A stretch of DNA of 64,000 nt from Octopus sinensis (GCF_006345805.1 NC_042997.1:37758001-37822000), one strand, 5' to 3'; numbered from the stretch's first letter, positions 13,465 through 26,849 are shown. The notes: a model not told the origin generated them from the letters alone. Numbers and translations are program-made.

Positions 13465-15371
13465 ATATATACGTGTGAGGGGGGTGCGCGCGCATGTGTG
13501 TGTGCATATATATATATAAGGTGCTTTTATGAGTGTGAATGTTTGATATGATCCAGTAGTATACATACAACGTGTATACACACAAGCAGGTATGTATGTC
13601 TCTAATCTTATTGTTTTTTATCTGTCCTTTATCTTTTATCTTAGTGTTATTTTTTATTATTTATCATCCTTGTCATCACGGCAAATAGGCTAACTCATTA
13701 AGTAACCCCATCTATTTTATCAAGTAAATGGTGCCTACGACTAGTATGTGATTCTTCTTCTTCTTCCTCCATTCTCTAAAGGAGTGGAGAGATTTATTAC
13801 CATGTATATTTAACAGCAAAATACCATTCTCCAATTCCCCCTCTGTACTGGCAGATGAGAGAGTCAATATTATTCTATACTCTTTGTGTGAAATATCCTA
13901 ACCGTTAAAATTTATTTTAATTTTATATTCACCCGAAGAAAACAGTGTTTTTTTTACATGATGTAAAATCGCAGAAATAAAGTATGATAAATAATAAAAA
14001 TAACAGTAAAATAAAAAGTATGAATGAAATTAGCATACAATGATCATCAATAAAAGACACGTCTGAAGCAATTGTAGTAGCCTCAGCCCATTTGTGTTAT
14101 ATTACATCACAAAGGAACCGTTGTATAGTCAATCCATATTGGGCCGCGGATTGCATGCCGAAGTATACGCTTGTAAGATCTTACGTATACATTAAGTGTA
14201 TTTGGTCTGTGCTTGCAAATATATGCTTAACCGGAAGAACAAATACGTATATATTTTCGTAAGTACATGGGTATCCGTAAACACTGTTGGTATACGGGTA
14301 TGCTGTCCTCGACTCTACTTTAGAGTTTTTGTGATTTGTTATTAACATTTATCGATTCTATTGGATTCTGCATATAATTATATGTGTGCATGTGTGTGTG
14401 TGTATGTTTTTTGCATATGTATATATTTGAGTGTATACGTGTGTGCGTCCCCGCGCAAAGGACAAATCCTCCCAAAAGTTATTTATTATGGATAAAAAAA
14501 GTATATAATTTCTACTATTCATTGGACACTTCTACAACTGTATCTACAATATGAAATCATTCTTTCAGTAGAGAATAATCGATGTTGATCACCAGAAACT
14601 TTTTTTGGCACTACACTGATACATTATATTCAATGAACACAAAAAAGGCATGGGTAAATTTTAGGTTAATTACAAATTATATAAATTAGAGCTATGTTGA
14701 TTTCCATTGATAATAAATATACACATTTATTTTATTGATGCGGGAAACTGCTTTAAGTGACATCTTTAAATTGCATCAATAACAAATGTCAAAATTAATA
14801 AACTATTTACTTTAAAAACAAATGGAAAAAAACTAGTGAGCGACATGTTCCTCCTTTGGAAACACCTCATTTATACTCATTATAAGAAAATAGTTTTCTG
14901 TGAAATATCTTATTGCCACTGAGATTTCTGTAGTTCATCATTGTCTACATACGAGCCAGCAAGTAGAGACCCCTTGATGTCCTTTAATCTTATTTCGTAT
15001 AGACTTATTAGTCTCAAAGCTGGGTTTTTTATGCTTTTTACAGTATTCGTGTGCTTGTTCGTAAGTATTGGCCTTTCTACCAAAGAACGCATACATTTAT
15101 AATATTGTGGCCATCTTAGGTAAGCATAATACTTAAACATTTTCAATACAATATTTGAAGAAATTCACTTCAGCCTGATTTTGCATATAATTTTATAGTA
15201 ATCTATAACATGCAGGAATTTCTAGTTACTTTTTTTCACCAAATTTCAACTTTCAGCGAGTTAAATTTTGAAAGCAGAAATTTGCAAAGACGTCTGGTTA
15301 AAAACTTAGTAATATTATATTTGTAAAAATTTTGAAAAGCATATTCTTATAATTTATACTCATTAACTTTA

Positions 15372-15720
15372 TAGATGCAGGAGTGGCTGGGTGGTAAGTA
15401 GCTTGCTTACCAACCACATGGTTCCGGGTTCAGTCCCACTGCGTGGCACCTTGGGCAAGTGTCTTCTACTATAGCTTCGGGTCGACCAAAGCCTTGTGAA
15501 AGAAGCCCGTCGTATATATGTATATATATATATGTATGTGTGTGCGTGAGTTTGTGTGTCTGTGTTTTCCCCCAACATCGCTTGACAACCGATGGTGGTG
15601 AGTTTGCGTCCCCCTAACTTAGCTGATCGGCAAAACAAACCGATAGAATATGTACTAGGCTTACAAAGAATAAGTCCTGGGGTCAAATTACTGAAAAAAG
15701 TAAAAAGAGTAAAAAGAATA
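15372..15720 (+). mobile_element. SINE family B
   Basis: A-box TGGCTGGGTGGTAAG, B-box GGTTCAGTCCC, CORE-like CCTTGGGCAAGTGTCTT and GTAAAAAGAG tail. Confidence 0.9.
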
Positions 15721-15843
15721 TTATATGCTGTTACTGTTTATATTATGCTTGCGTGCGGGTTCGTTTACATATGAGGATATATAACGTATCATTACTTAGC
15801 ATTTCCATTGTTAAGATGTGAAATTCCATGTTTTAATATAACA

Positions 15844-16257
15844 TACTCATTTACTCTTTTACTTGTTTCAGTCATTTGACTGCGGCCATGCTGGAGCACC
15901 ACCCTTAGTCGGGCAAATCGACCCCGGAACTTATTCTTTGTAAGCCCAGTACTTATTCTATCGGTCTCTTTTTGCCGAACCATTAAGTTACGGGGACGTA
16001 AACACACTAGCATCGGTTATCAAGCAATGCTAGGGGAACAAACACAGACACACAAACATATACACACACATACATATAAATATACATATATACGACGGGA
16101 TTCTTTCAGTTTCTGTCTACCAAATCCACTCACAAGGCTTTGGTCGACCCGAGGCTAGAATAGAAGACACTTGCCCAAGATGCCACGCAGTGGGACTGAA
16201 CCCGGAACCATGTGGTTGGTAAGCAAGCTACTTACCACACAGCCACTCCTGCGCCTA
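15844..16257 (-). mobile_element. SINE family B, full length
   Basis: Full reverse-complement copy from TAGGCGCAGGAGTGGCT to the GTAAAAGAG tail. Confidence 0.92.
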
Positions 16258-16549
16258 TGAGTGTATAATTAAACGTTGGAACTCTCATCTCATTTATATT
16301 CTGTATTTTCAGGGCTAAAATATTTTTGAGGTGTTAGCGTTTGAAGTATTGAAATATATAAAATGATATTTCTTCTAAAGAAACTTAGATGAACAAATTC
16401 TCTCTTATCGTCATTTTTGCAAATTTAGAGTCTGTACAAAAACGGTGCTTTCATACACCCCCACCCCCACACACACAAACACAAACACACACAAACCCAA
16501 ACACACGCACAAACACACACATGTGTATGTGTGTATATATAAACACATT

Positions 16550-16762
16550 CAATATGTGACCGCGTGTGTATCGTTGGCGATTTTCTTTCTCCGTCTTCCA
16601 TTCCTGGACCATTCCTTTTTCTATGTTTCTGACGAAGAGCTCCGCCCGAAACGTTAAATCCTCCTTCTTTCTTTCCTTTCCTGAGCGTACAATAACACTA
16701 TACTTCTTCCACGTCCTCGCGTTGTTGTGTTTTCTCTTTATGTTTTCATGTTTGGATTAACT
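16550..16762 (+). mobile_element. About 210-bp (TA)n-associated element with a minimal hammerhead (Penelope pLTR-like), family H1
   Basis: Homologous copies at 25822-26030 (-) and 54931-55135 (-). All abut (TA)n at the TTTGGATTAACT end. Hammerhead at 16625-16659. Confidence 0.8.
16625..16659 (+). ncRNA. Minimal type I hammerhead ribozyme motif
   Basis: GUUU CUGACGA A GAGC-UCC-GCCC GAAA C GUU|AAAU. Stem I is GUUU/AAAU. Stem III is only the palindrome ACGU, so it could form only in a dimer. Confidence 0.65.
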
Positions 16763-16768
16763 TTATAT

Positions 16769-16824
<56 letters not shown>

Positions 16825-16943
16825 ATATATATTAAACTTTTAATACTTTTGATATATATTTAAAATAATATAAATGAATTAATTTTATGTATTGGCTTAA
16901 GTTTTTCATTGTTTGATTTGCCTAATAGTTGTTTTATCTCTAA

Positions 16944-16992
<49 letters not shown>

Positions 16993-17015
16993 ATATTATA
17001 TATATATATAATATA

Positions 17016-17059
<44 letters not shown>

Positions 17060-17256
17060 TATTACATTATATAAAAGGGCTTAGTAAAATAAATTACTTT
17101 GCCGCATACTGAACTCATTAGAAATAGCAGCTAAAAAAACATTTATAAAACTATTTCTAATACTTAAAGAAAACCTCTCTCATATAGTGTTTGCTCAATT
17201 CAACTCACGGAAGTATGGGGGGTAGAGACATTAAAAAATCAGATGCAAAGGTTATT

Positions 17257-17309
17257 TGAGAACGTACGTTTCAAGATTAGTCAAACTCGACACTTCTATC
17301 ATCAGCTCA
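17257..17309 (-). ncRNA. Type I hammerhead ribozyme
   Basis: Minus strand: UGAG CUGAUGA U AGAAGUGUCGAGUUUGACUAAUCUU GAAA CGUAC GUU|CUCA. Stem I is UGAG/CUCA and stem III is the palindrome ACGUACGU. Confidence 0.8.
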
Positions 17310-17813
17310 GAACTCCCTGGTTTGGATTTGAAAACACTGAAAGTGGGAGCATACTCCTTCGGCCTCCTATCGCTTTTGAAGATCCGCTCGTAACTAACAG
17401 TGCCAATAAACCCAAATATGCAAGCGAAGAATTTCTGCTCTCCCCTTTCCACCAGCGTGGGTTAAAATCAGCAAACACTATGCTTTTTTCGGTAAAATCC
17501 GAGGCATTTAAATAGAGAGAGATGAATTATAATTTCAACAATTGAGGGTAAAATTAATTAATTAATCAATTTCACCAAGTGTTCAGTATGCAAAGGGACC
17601 ATTTAAGGCGAATTCAAATTATTACATTATATAAAAGGGCTTAGTAAAATAAATTACTTTGCCGCATACTGAACTCATTAGAAATAGCAGCTAAAAAAAC
17701 ATTATAAAACTATTTCTAATACTTAAGAAAACCTCTCTCATATAGTGTTTGCTCAATTCAACTCACGGAAGTATGGGGGGTAGAGACATTAAAAATCAGA
17801 TGCAAAGGTTATT

Positions 17814-17866
17814 TGAGAACGTACGTTTCAAGATTAGTCAAACTCGACACTTCTATCATCAGCTCA
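17814..17866 (-). ncRNA. Type I hammerhead ribozyme, identical second copy
   Basis: Same sequence as 17257-17309, offset by 557 bp. Confidence 0.8.
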
Positions 17867-18072
17867 GAACTCCCTGGTTTGGATTTGAAAACACTGAAAG
17901 TGGGAGCATACTCCTTCGGCCTCCTATCGCTATATATATATATATATATATTAAATTAGAGATAAAACAACTATTAGGCATATCAAACAATGAAAAACTT
18001 AAGCCAATACATAAAATATATATATATATAAAATATATATATATATATAAAATATATATATATTATATATAT

Positions 18073-18134
<62 letters not shown>

Positions 18135-18562
18135 CAAGTTTGCTTTACTTTTACATGACATTATTTAATGATATATGTTTAGCAAAGCAAGAATAGTAAC
18201 AGTTGGTTGTATACTTACCAAAATTATTTAAAATTTTTTTCTACATCTTACATGTGTGTTTTATGTATGATTATCTCTATGTGAGCCCACTACCTACACA
18301 GAAAGAGGCTTTATCCATTCCCTGTCATTCTAAACTACGAAATTATGTATGCAGCCAGCTACAGGCAAATAATGAAATGATTTAGAAGGGAAGCAAGCGA
18401 AATTAATGTGCCAGGTATCTTCTGAAAGTAACCTGACGGGACACACCTGTTTCTTTCACACCAGTTCTTTAGAATCTCATCCGTGTGAGATAGATTGATC
18501 GAAGCGCTAGTTGTGATTAATAAATTATCACATGCATTCCATTTTCTTTTCCTCTTATTTGT

Positions 18563-18598
<36 letters not shown>

Positions 18599-18856
18599 AA
18601 CAATCGTACGCACACAAACAGATATATATATATGTGCGTGGGCATATATTTTTTTAACAACATATATATATATATAGTTGTTTAATGAGAGACGAAAGAT
18701 GGAAGACCACGAGAAGTTTTATTAATCACTACAATTGTTTCGGCCCATGCTGCGTCGATCCATCACAGGGTCTCATTAACCAAATGCATAATGAACACAG
18801 TGAAAGTGACCGTGCGTTAGCAGTAAGCTACTTGGGGTAAAACATTCGTTTTATTA

Positions 18857-18897
<41 letters not shown>

Positions 18898-18905
18898 TAT
18901 ATATG

Positions 18906-18943
<38 letters not shown>

Positions 18944-19528
18944 CATATATACACATATATATATATGTGTGTGTGTGTGTATATTTGTAGAGAATACATA
19001 TGTATTTATGTATTAATGTGCATATATATATAAATATACATACATATGTATTGCATTTATACTTTCAAGTAAACTAGGTTGGTTTTCTAAAAGTTAGTAA
19101 CAGAATATTTTACTAACATTTTAATATTGCATGTATCACATGATTAAAATCTCTCTTTTCTTGTTATTTCAGCAAAACGTTAAGAACATCACGATATAAC
19201 ATTTCTTTCTATTTCATGGAATTGTACGTTTGAGTTCAATTTTCCAATTAATAATCCATTATATTTTCTTATAAACAATATTATAAGATGCAATTATAAA
19301 TTTTATTAAAAAAAGTCTATGTACTTCGACAAATTCTTGAAATATTATATAACATTATAAGCAAAAACATGTAACATACAGAATCTATGAAGAATGTATC
19401 CACCACTATTCCAAGTACATGCAAAGAACAAGTAAAGCAAAACTTTTCGTTTACTGTATGACCTGTAGATACACTTTCATGTTTCATGTGAAATAGCAGA
19501 TTCTATACATACATACACACACACACAC

Positions 19529-19577
<49 letters not shown>

Positions 19578-19611
19578 TATATATATATATATATAACATA
19601 TATATATATAT

Positions 19612-19669
<58 letters not shown>

Positions 19670-20112
19670 ATATATATAAGTATAAATATATATTTATATA
19701 CACATATATATATAATATATATACATAAGTATAAATATATGTATTTTCTCATACATACACAAACAAACGCATGCATAGAAACTACGCTTGCATATGCACA
19801 CAGGAACCAACCTAACTTTTACCCTCCTCTTCCCTCTCTTTATAGATACATACGTATATGTTATCGTACATTCGCATATAATAAGATTAGTTCGATGATG
19901 TTTTCGTATGATAATTGTCGAACTGATTCCTATCCAAATAAATATGAAGGTAAACAAAGAAAAAAAGATATAAAGTATAAAACACAAATTTTACCTCAGG
20001 ATGTCGCAGATAAAAATGTATTAAAACGATCTGAATGTCTACTAATACACGCAGTACTATTAGAATATTTTATGAATATTATATGGTTTATATATATATA
20101 TATATATATATA

Positions 20113-20162
<50 letters not shown>

Positions 20163-22824
20163 TATACCTTCAGAACTGTTTTTACGGCTTTTATATATAA
20201 CATGCCTTAAAAGAAGAATGCAAATTTGATTTTTTTGCAAAAATTTTAATGGACTTTAAATTAGAATATATACATATGACATATGATCAATTTTATAGGA
20301 AAATGTGTGTATGCACACACATATACACAATACATACACACTCGTTCATATATATGTATATATATATAAGTATATATATATGTATATATGTATGCATGTA
20401 TGCATGTGTATACATACATATACATAGATATTTACATACATAATTATATAACTATATACCTGTAATATATTTATATATGAACACATATTATTATACATAT
20501 ATTTATACACATACATATATGTGTCTGTCTGCGGGAGCGTGTACAAATATATGTATGTATGTATGCCTGTATGTATGTCGATATATGCGTATGTATGCAT
20601 GTAAGTATGCATGTATGTACATATGCTGGTATGTAGGTAGGTAGCTAGCTAGCTAGGTATGTACTTATGTGTGTATGTACGTATGTATGTATGTATGTTT
20701 TTATGTATGTATGTATGTATGTATTTATGCTTATAAACGCATACTTAAACGGCAATGCATTCTTAGGGATGGAAATATTTCCTGTTGAGGAAAAATGCGA
20801 AAGAAATTGCTACGTAGCATTAATAGCCTATTAATCATAATTTAATGCTATTTATTTCTACTATTTCCAACGTCTGTTTTAATAATTCTAATATTGTATA
20901 TAGTAACTATTGATTCAATATAAATAGGGAATATTATTTTGTTTGCTTCATTGCCTCTTAAAAGGTATATTTACACACATACAAAAATGAAGATACATAA
21001 ATATGTTCGCTCATCCTATAAAGCTAACAAGATGTTAGATTTGAAGAAAAATATTTATCAGCACACACGACATTGATTTATATGAATTAGCATTTAACGT
21101 ATCGATTTTCCCTTCTGCCTGATACTGTAGAGATATATTTTATATCAGAAAGCGACGTAGACGAACAAAAGCTGACTTAATAGTATAATTCATCATACTT
21201 GTTCAACAAACACAAAGTAACAACACCTTATGAAAGGAAAACGACTGTAGAATCATTACATCTTATCCTTCTCAAAGTACGAGGTGTATACGGACAGAGA
21301 AATTGAAGCTGGATAATGAAACCCATAGAGAAAACGAATTTTAAAGATATTTTGCCAATAAACTGGGAATATAAATCTCAACCCAGCAAAGGTCTATTCG
21401 ATTTGAGATCTTGAGATATGTGCTGTAACTGCGACTGAGAAATGTTCTGTAACTATGCGGCTGATGTTAGTTAGCTTTCAAAGTCATATTGAGTGGTTTG
21501 AGTATCGCTGAATGCATATATTGATGTAGTTATTCAAAACACATGCACGTGATACATTCTTGTTTCACTTTCTTATTCATCAACAATATTAAATGTGTTT
21601 ATTATAGTATCCGGTGTTGGTGCAGCACAGCTAAATGAACGGGAATGTGAGAATATTAGTGGTTTTGGCATAATATTATTACTACCGCTGTCTGAGACAG
21701 TTCTCCGTCAGTATTTTACCTTGGCTATATATTTTACAGCGAAAAATATCTACTGATTAATTGTTTCAAAATTTTAATATTGAGAAGCCTAAATGACCTA
21801 ATTTGTAAACGATTTATATCATAATTGAATATAATACCTAATTACACATTGAGCTTAAGATCTAAAGAAATTTTTTTGTTAAATATTTTGTAAAATCATC
21901 TAAAGTAAATATTCTATATGTGCCAGTCTACATACTTACAAATATTGAAAGTGGATCGTAAATTTTAAGATCAAGAGTTAGTCGTAAGTATTTTGGAAAA
22001 TCTTTCATTACAATTTCTAACCTTGCAATGGCAATTAATATAATAGATGCAGGGAGTGTACGAATTTGGGTGTACGAATTGCAGTTAGAAAACTTGATGA
22101 TTAAAATCGGTACCACATGGGGCTTTTTCTATATTTGGCGCCGTTAAAAGAAGAAAGGAGCATATGGAACTTTTAATGTCAGATGTCTGTGGAAACAAAC
22201 TATTTGAAAATTATTTTGACAAACGTATGTCATTTTATATATTTTTGTCTTGCTGATGCGAAAAGCTTTTACCTATTACCTAAGATTTTCTCACAAATTA
22301 AAGTTAACGATATCATTATTTGTAATTCAACGTGTTGTATGATGAAATGTTAGTACCAGGAAGGAATTATGTACTTCATCTAACAAAATACAATTGAATG
22401 TGAGAAAATAGATTTTAACAAAGGGTTCTATTCATTTTCTAGGTTTATATCGCTTGTTCGTTTATTTACCATGAAAGAAACTCTATTATAAATACCACCG
22501 TAAAGTCTGTTTTAGCAGAACATCCACGTTTAAGTGGGAATAAATATTACCACTTGGTATTAATACTGCCTCTGTCGCTAATATATCTTTTTTAACAAGT
22601 GAACTGGCTAATCGCAATACTAGTGCCTGTTCTGGTAATGATTTCCTATATATCACTAGCGAGGAGATAAGTCGCTAGCGGTCGAACATCCATCAGCGAT
22701 GAGATTAAGGAAGATCGATATGTGTCATAGTGGTCTCGGCGCTGAGGTTGGTGGTGATTTATCTCCCCGTGAGTGATATAAAGAAGCAAGCATGCATTCT
22801 GCACCAAAACCTGTATAACAGTTT

Positions 22825-23211
22825 GTGGAGGCGCAATGGCCCAGTGGTTAGGGCAGCGGGCTCGCGGTCTTAGGATCGCGGTTTCGATTCCCAGACCGGG
22901 CGTTGAGAGTGTTTATTGAGCGAAAACACCTAAAGCTCCACGACGCTCCGGCAGGGATGGTGGTGATCCCTGCTATACTCTTTCACCACAACTTTCTCTC
23001 ACTCTTACTTCCTGTTTCTGTTGTACCTGTATTTCAAAGGGCCGGCCTTGTCACTCTCTGTGTCACGCTGAATATCCCCGAGAACTACGTTAAGGGTGCA
23101 CGTGTCTGTGGAGTGCTCAGCCACTTACACGTTAATTTCACGAGCAGGGTGTTCCGTTGATCGGATCAACCGAAACCCTCGTCGACGGAACCGACGGAGT
23201 GCTTCCATCCC
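22825..23211 (+). mobile_element. tRNA-derived SINE, family C, full length with 10-bp TSD
   Basis: A-box TGGCCCAGTGG, B-box-like GGTTTCGATTCC and a tRNA-like head. TSD ATAACAGTTT at 22815-22824 and 23212-23221. Confidence 0.9.
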
Positions 23212-23706
23212 ATAACAGTTTATTTTATAATAAATACGGCAGTAATTATTTTCTTACTCTTCGAATTGTGTCCCTACACCTTACAAGAACAAATACTGTA
23301 GACTTTTTGACTTCAGTGTATATTTTGTTCATTGTCTTAATTCCTCAACACAAAGTAGGCAGGCCTTATGGGGAGCCCACTTCTGATCTTGGTCTCCTAA
23401 TTTCACCCCGAAAGGAGGCCGAGTAACAGTTTTTGACAAATTTAGTAATGTTTCTCCGAAGCTTCTTAGTCATACATTTGTCACAAATGAAGCAAAATTT
23501 ATCCGTGCTTGCTGTGTATCATCTACAAGACGTCTTTCTTTGAAATGAGGTGGAGGTCATTAAGGAAAGAGGAAGAAGAATCTTTTTTTAACAGCGTATA
23601 TTTGATTTACCATCAAAATGTACACATACAATTAAAGAAGCATGTGACTACCCGAGGAGTTCATCACCACATCTTTATTGGGTCATATTCTACATTAAAA
23701 TGTAGC

Positions 23707-24109
23707 GTGTGGTAAGTAGCTTGCTAACCAACCACATGGTTCCGGGTTCAGTCCCACTGCGTGGCATGTTGGGCAAGTGTCTTCTGCTATAGCCCCGGGC
23801 TGATCAATGCCTTGTGAGTGGATTTGGTAGACGGAAACTGAAAGAAGCCTGTCGTATATATGTATATATATATATATATAAGTGTGTGTGTATATATTTC
23901 TGTGTCTGTGTTTTGTCCCCCTAGCATTGCTTGACAACCGATGCTGGTGTGTTTACGTCCCCGTCACTTAGCGGTTCGGCAAAAGAGACCGATAGAATAA
24001 GTACTGGGCTTACAAAGAATAAGTGCCAGGGTCGATTTGCTCGACTAAAGGCGGTGCTCCAGCATGGCCGCAATCAAATGACTGAAACAAGTAAAAGAGT
24101 AAAAGAGTA
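23707..24109 (+). mobile_element. SINE family B
   Basis: Matches the other family B copies and ends in the GTAAAAGAGTAAAAGAG tail. Confidence 0.9.
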
Positions 24110-24929
24110 TATGATCCAGCAAAATGTAACATGATACAATAAAACAATGCTTGTAGCATATATCAGGAAAACTCTTGACGAAATAAGTGAATTAAAAAAA
24201 TTTTAAAGAAAGGTTTCGGAGGGGTGATGCATACCTTGCGCGCAAACAAGGGTAAAATATCTAATTTTATTAAAAATAATCTCAGACGAATTCATATTTC
24301 AACGAAATTACATCAAGAGTCATTTCCCTTGATTATCGTTCATGCATGTATAATAACAACAACATCAACGAAAAATAACATTTTGGTTCACCCGCCCGCC
24401 AGTTTTGAAGATAAATCAAAGCAAAATTTAACGACTTTGAGCCACTCACCCAAAGAGTATTTCTGCCAAATTTGGGGAAAATCGTTTCAGTCATTTTCCA
24501 GTACATTTGCAAATAGAAAAGCAAACAGACAAAGACGAGCGACTACACTCACACTGCTTCGCTTACTCGTGCAGGGTTAACAATGGCTTTTCACATAAGC
24601 AACGTGACCTTGTAAAGCACCTCTGCTTTGTACAACACATGCGGTTCACTAAAGCTAATACACATTTGTATATAGCTGAAGCAGTCTCAGCATTCCCAGG
24701 TGCTTATTTTTAAACTCACGCCTGTTATTTATAATGCAAATAGTTTATTTAAATGTGGCAATTAATAGTAATAGTGAAAGACAATATTCAAATTTGGGTA
24801 GAATGGTAAAATGCAATAAGAGATTTTGTGAAATATACTCAGTGGTTCCGCGGACCCCTGGGATCCCGGAAGCCCTGGAGGTCCTCAAAAGTAGAACGGA
24901 GGGGGGGCGTGAACTAAATTCAAAATGTC

Positions 24930-25331
24930 ATGTATAGCCTTATGTGATACATACGGAGTCGAGTTTCTGGGTGGTTACCCGTCCTCAGCGTGTTTTAATC
25001 ACATGCTAGTGATGAAAAGTCACTCCACTTGCAAATACTATAAACGTATGTCATTTTATATATTTTTGTCTTGCTGATGCGAAAAGCTTTTACCTATTAC
25101 CTAAGATTTTCTCACAAATTAAAGTTAACGATATCATTATTTGTAATTCAACGTGTTGTATGATGAAATGTTAGTACCAGGAAGGAATTATGTACTTCAT
25201 CTAACAAAATACAATTGAATGTATAGCCTTATGTGATACATACGGAGTCGAGTTTCTGGGTGGTAACCCGTCCTCAGCGTGTTTTAATCACATGCTAGTG
25301 ATGAAAAGTCACTCCACTTGCAAATACTATA
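24930..25331 (+). repeat. 113-bp direct duplication flanking a 181-bp copy of 22221-22401
   Basis: 24930-25042 matches 25219-25331 with 1 mismatch. 25042-25222 matches 22221-22401. Confidence 0.92.
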
Positions 25332-25450
25332 TGCTTTTTCCTGCGACAAACCATCGCTAATCTCGAAAAAGGAAAAATAAGCTATATTAAATCTCTGAGC
25401 AAGATGTAAACTGTAGCAATATGGAATCGTAACAACCGAGCGTGGCGTCC

Positions 25451-25565
25451 TATATGGGACAGTGCTACTGACGTTTATAGCACAATGAAGACACCTTTTC
25501 CAGCTGGTTAACGACATATATGTGTATGTATATATATATAGATAGATAGATATATATACACATGT

Positions 25566-25620
<55 letters not shown>

Positions 25621-25738
25621 TGCATGTGTATATATATCTATCTATCTCTATATATATATACATACACATATATGTCGTTAACCAGCTGGAAAAGGTGTCT
25701 TCATTGTGCTATAAACGTCAGTAGCACTGTCCCATATA
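25451..25738. repeat. Fold-back inverted repeat (arms about 115 bp) centred on (TA)n
   Basis: 25451-25564 is the reverse complement of 25623-25738. The ORF track shows [22 protein letters not shown] on both strands. Confidence 0.92.
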
Positions 25739-25821
<83 letters not shown>

Positions 25822-25826
<5 letters not shown>

Positions 25827-26030
25827 ATCCAAACATGAACAAAGAGAAAACACAACAACGCGAGGACGTGGAACAAGTATAGTGTAATTGGGCGATTACG
25901 AAAGGAAAGAAAGAAGGAAGTTTTAATGTTTCGAGCGGAGCTCTTCGTCAGTGATGTAGAAAAAAGGAAAAGTCCAAGGAAGGGAAGACAGAGAAAGAAA
26001 ATCGCCAACGACACACACGCGGTCACATAT
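25822..26030 (-). mobile_element. Family H1 element with a hammerhead core (25921-25955)
   Basis: Minus strand CUGACGA A GAGC-UCC-GCUC GAAA CAUU. Homologous to 16550-16762. Confidence 0.8.
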
Positions 26031-26100
26031 TGAAATGAGTGGAAAGAATGTGTGAAGAAAAAGTTCTTTCAAAGACAGGAGAGTGCAATATATATATATA

Positions 26101-26600
<500 letters not shown>

Positions 26601-26849
26601 ATTAATAGGGGTCCGTGGGAAAACTCATTTGAATAAACGGGTTGGGAACCACTACTCTAGGTAATAGGATACTTTCTTTGTGAGTTTTGAAATCAGCAAG
26701 TAAAAATTCATCAGTTTCATCCCAGTAAAATAGTTATTTTGTCGGGTGAGGGTGGCCACATACATTTTTTTCTTTTCTAAGGTAATCCGTTTCTGTACAC
26801 ATTCTGTGTCAAATGTTTGGAGCTTCATAAATCTCAATTGTTCATTAAC

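Larger units (their letters stand above)
17056..17931 (-). mobile_element. Retrozyme-like element: about 557-bp monomer plus about 319-bp direct terminal redundancy, with two hammerheads
   Basis: Direct repeats at 17056-17374 and 17616-17931, with (TA)n on both sides and a hammerhead in each repeat. Confidence 0.8.

Noticed and set aside
17243-17515. 90-aa ORF repeated at 17749
   Set aside because: It is antisense to the hammerhead in a duplicated non-coding element and has no recognisable domain.
22561-22645. TAATACTGCC, resembling a miR-8/miR-200 seed
   Set aside because: The rest of the mature sequence and the precursor hairpin are absent.
22825-22900. tRNA gene
   Set aside because: The tRNA-like head continues into a SINE body flanked by a TSD and has no proper acceptor stem.
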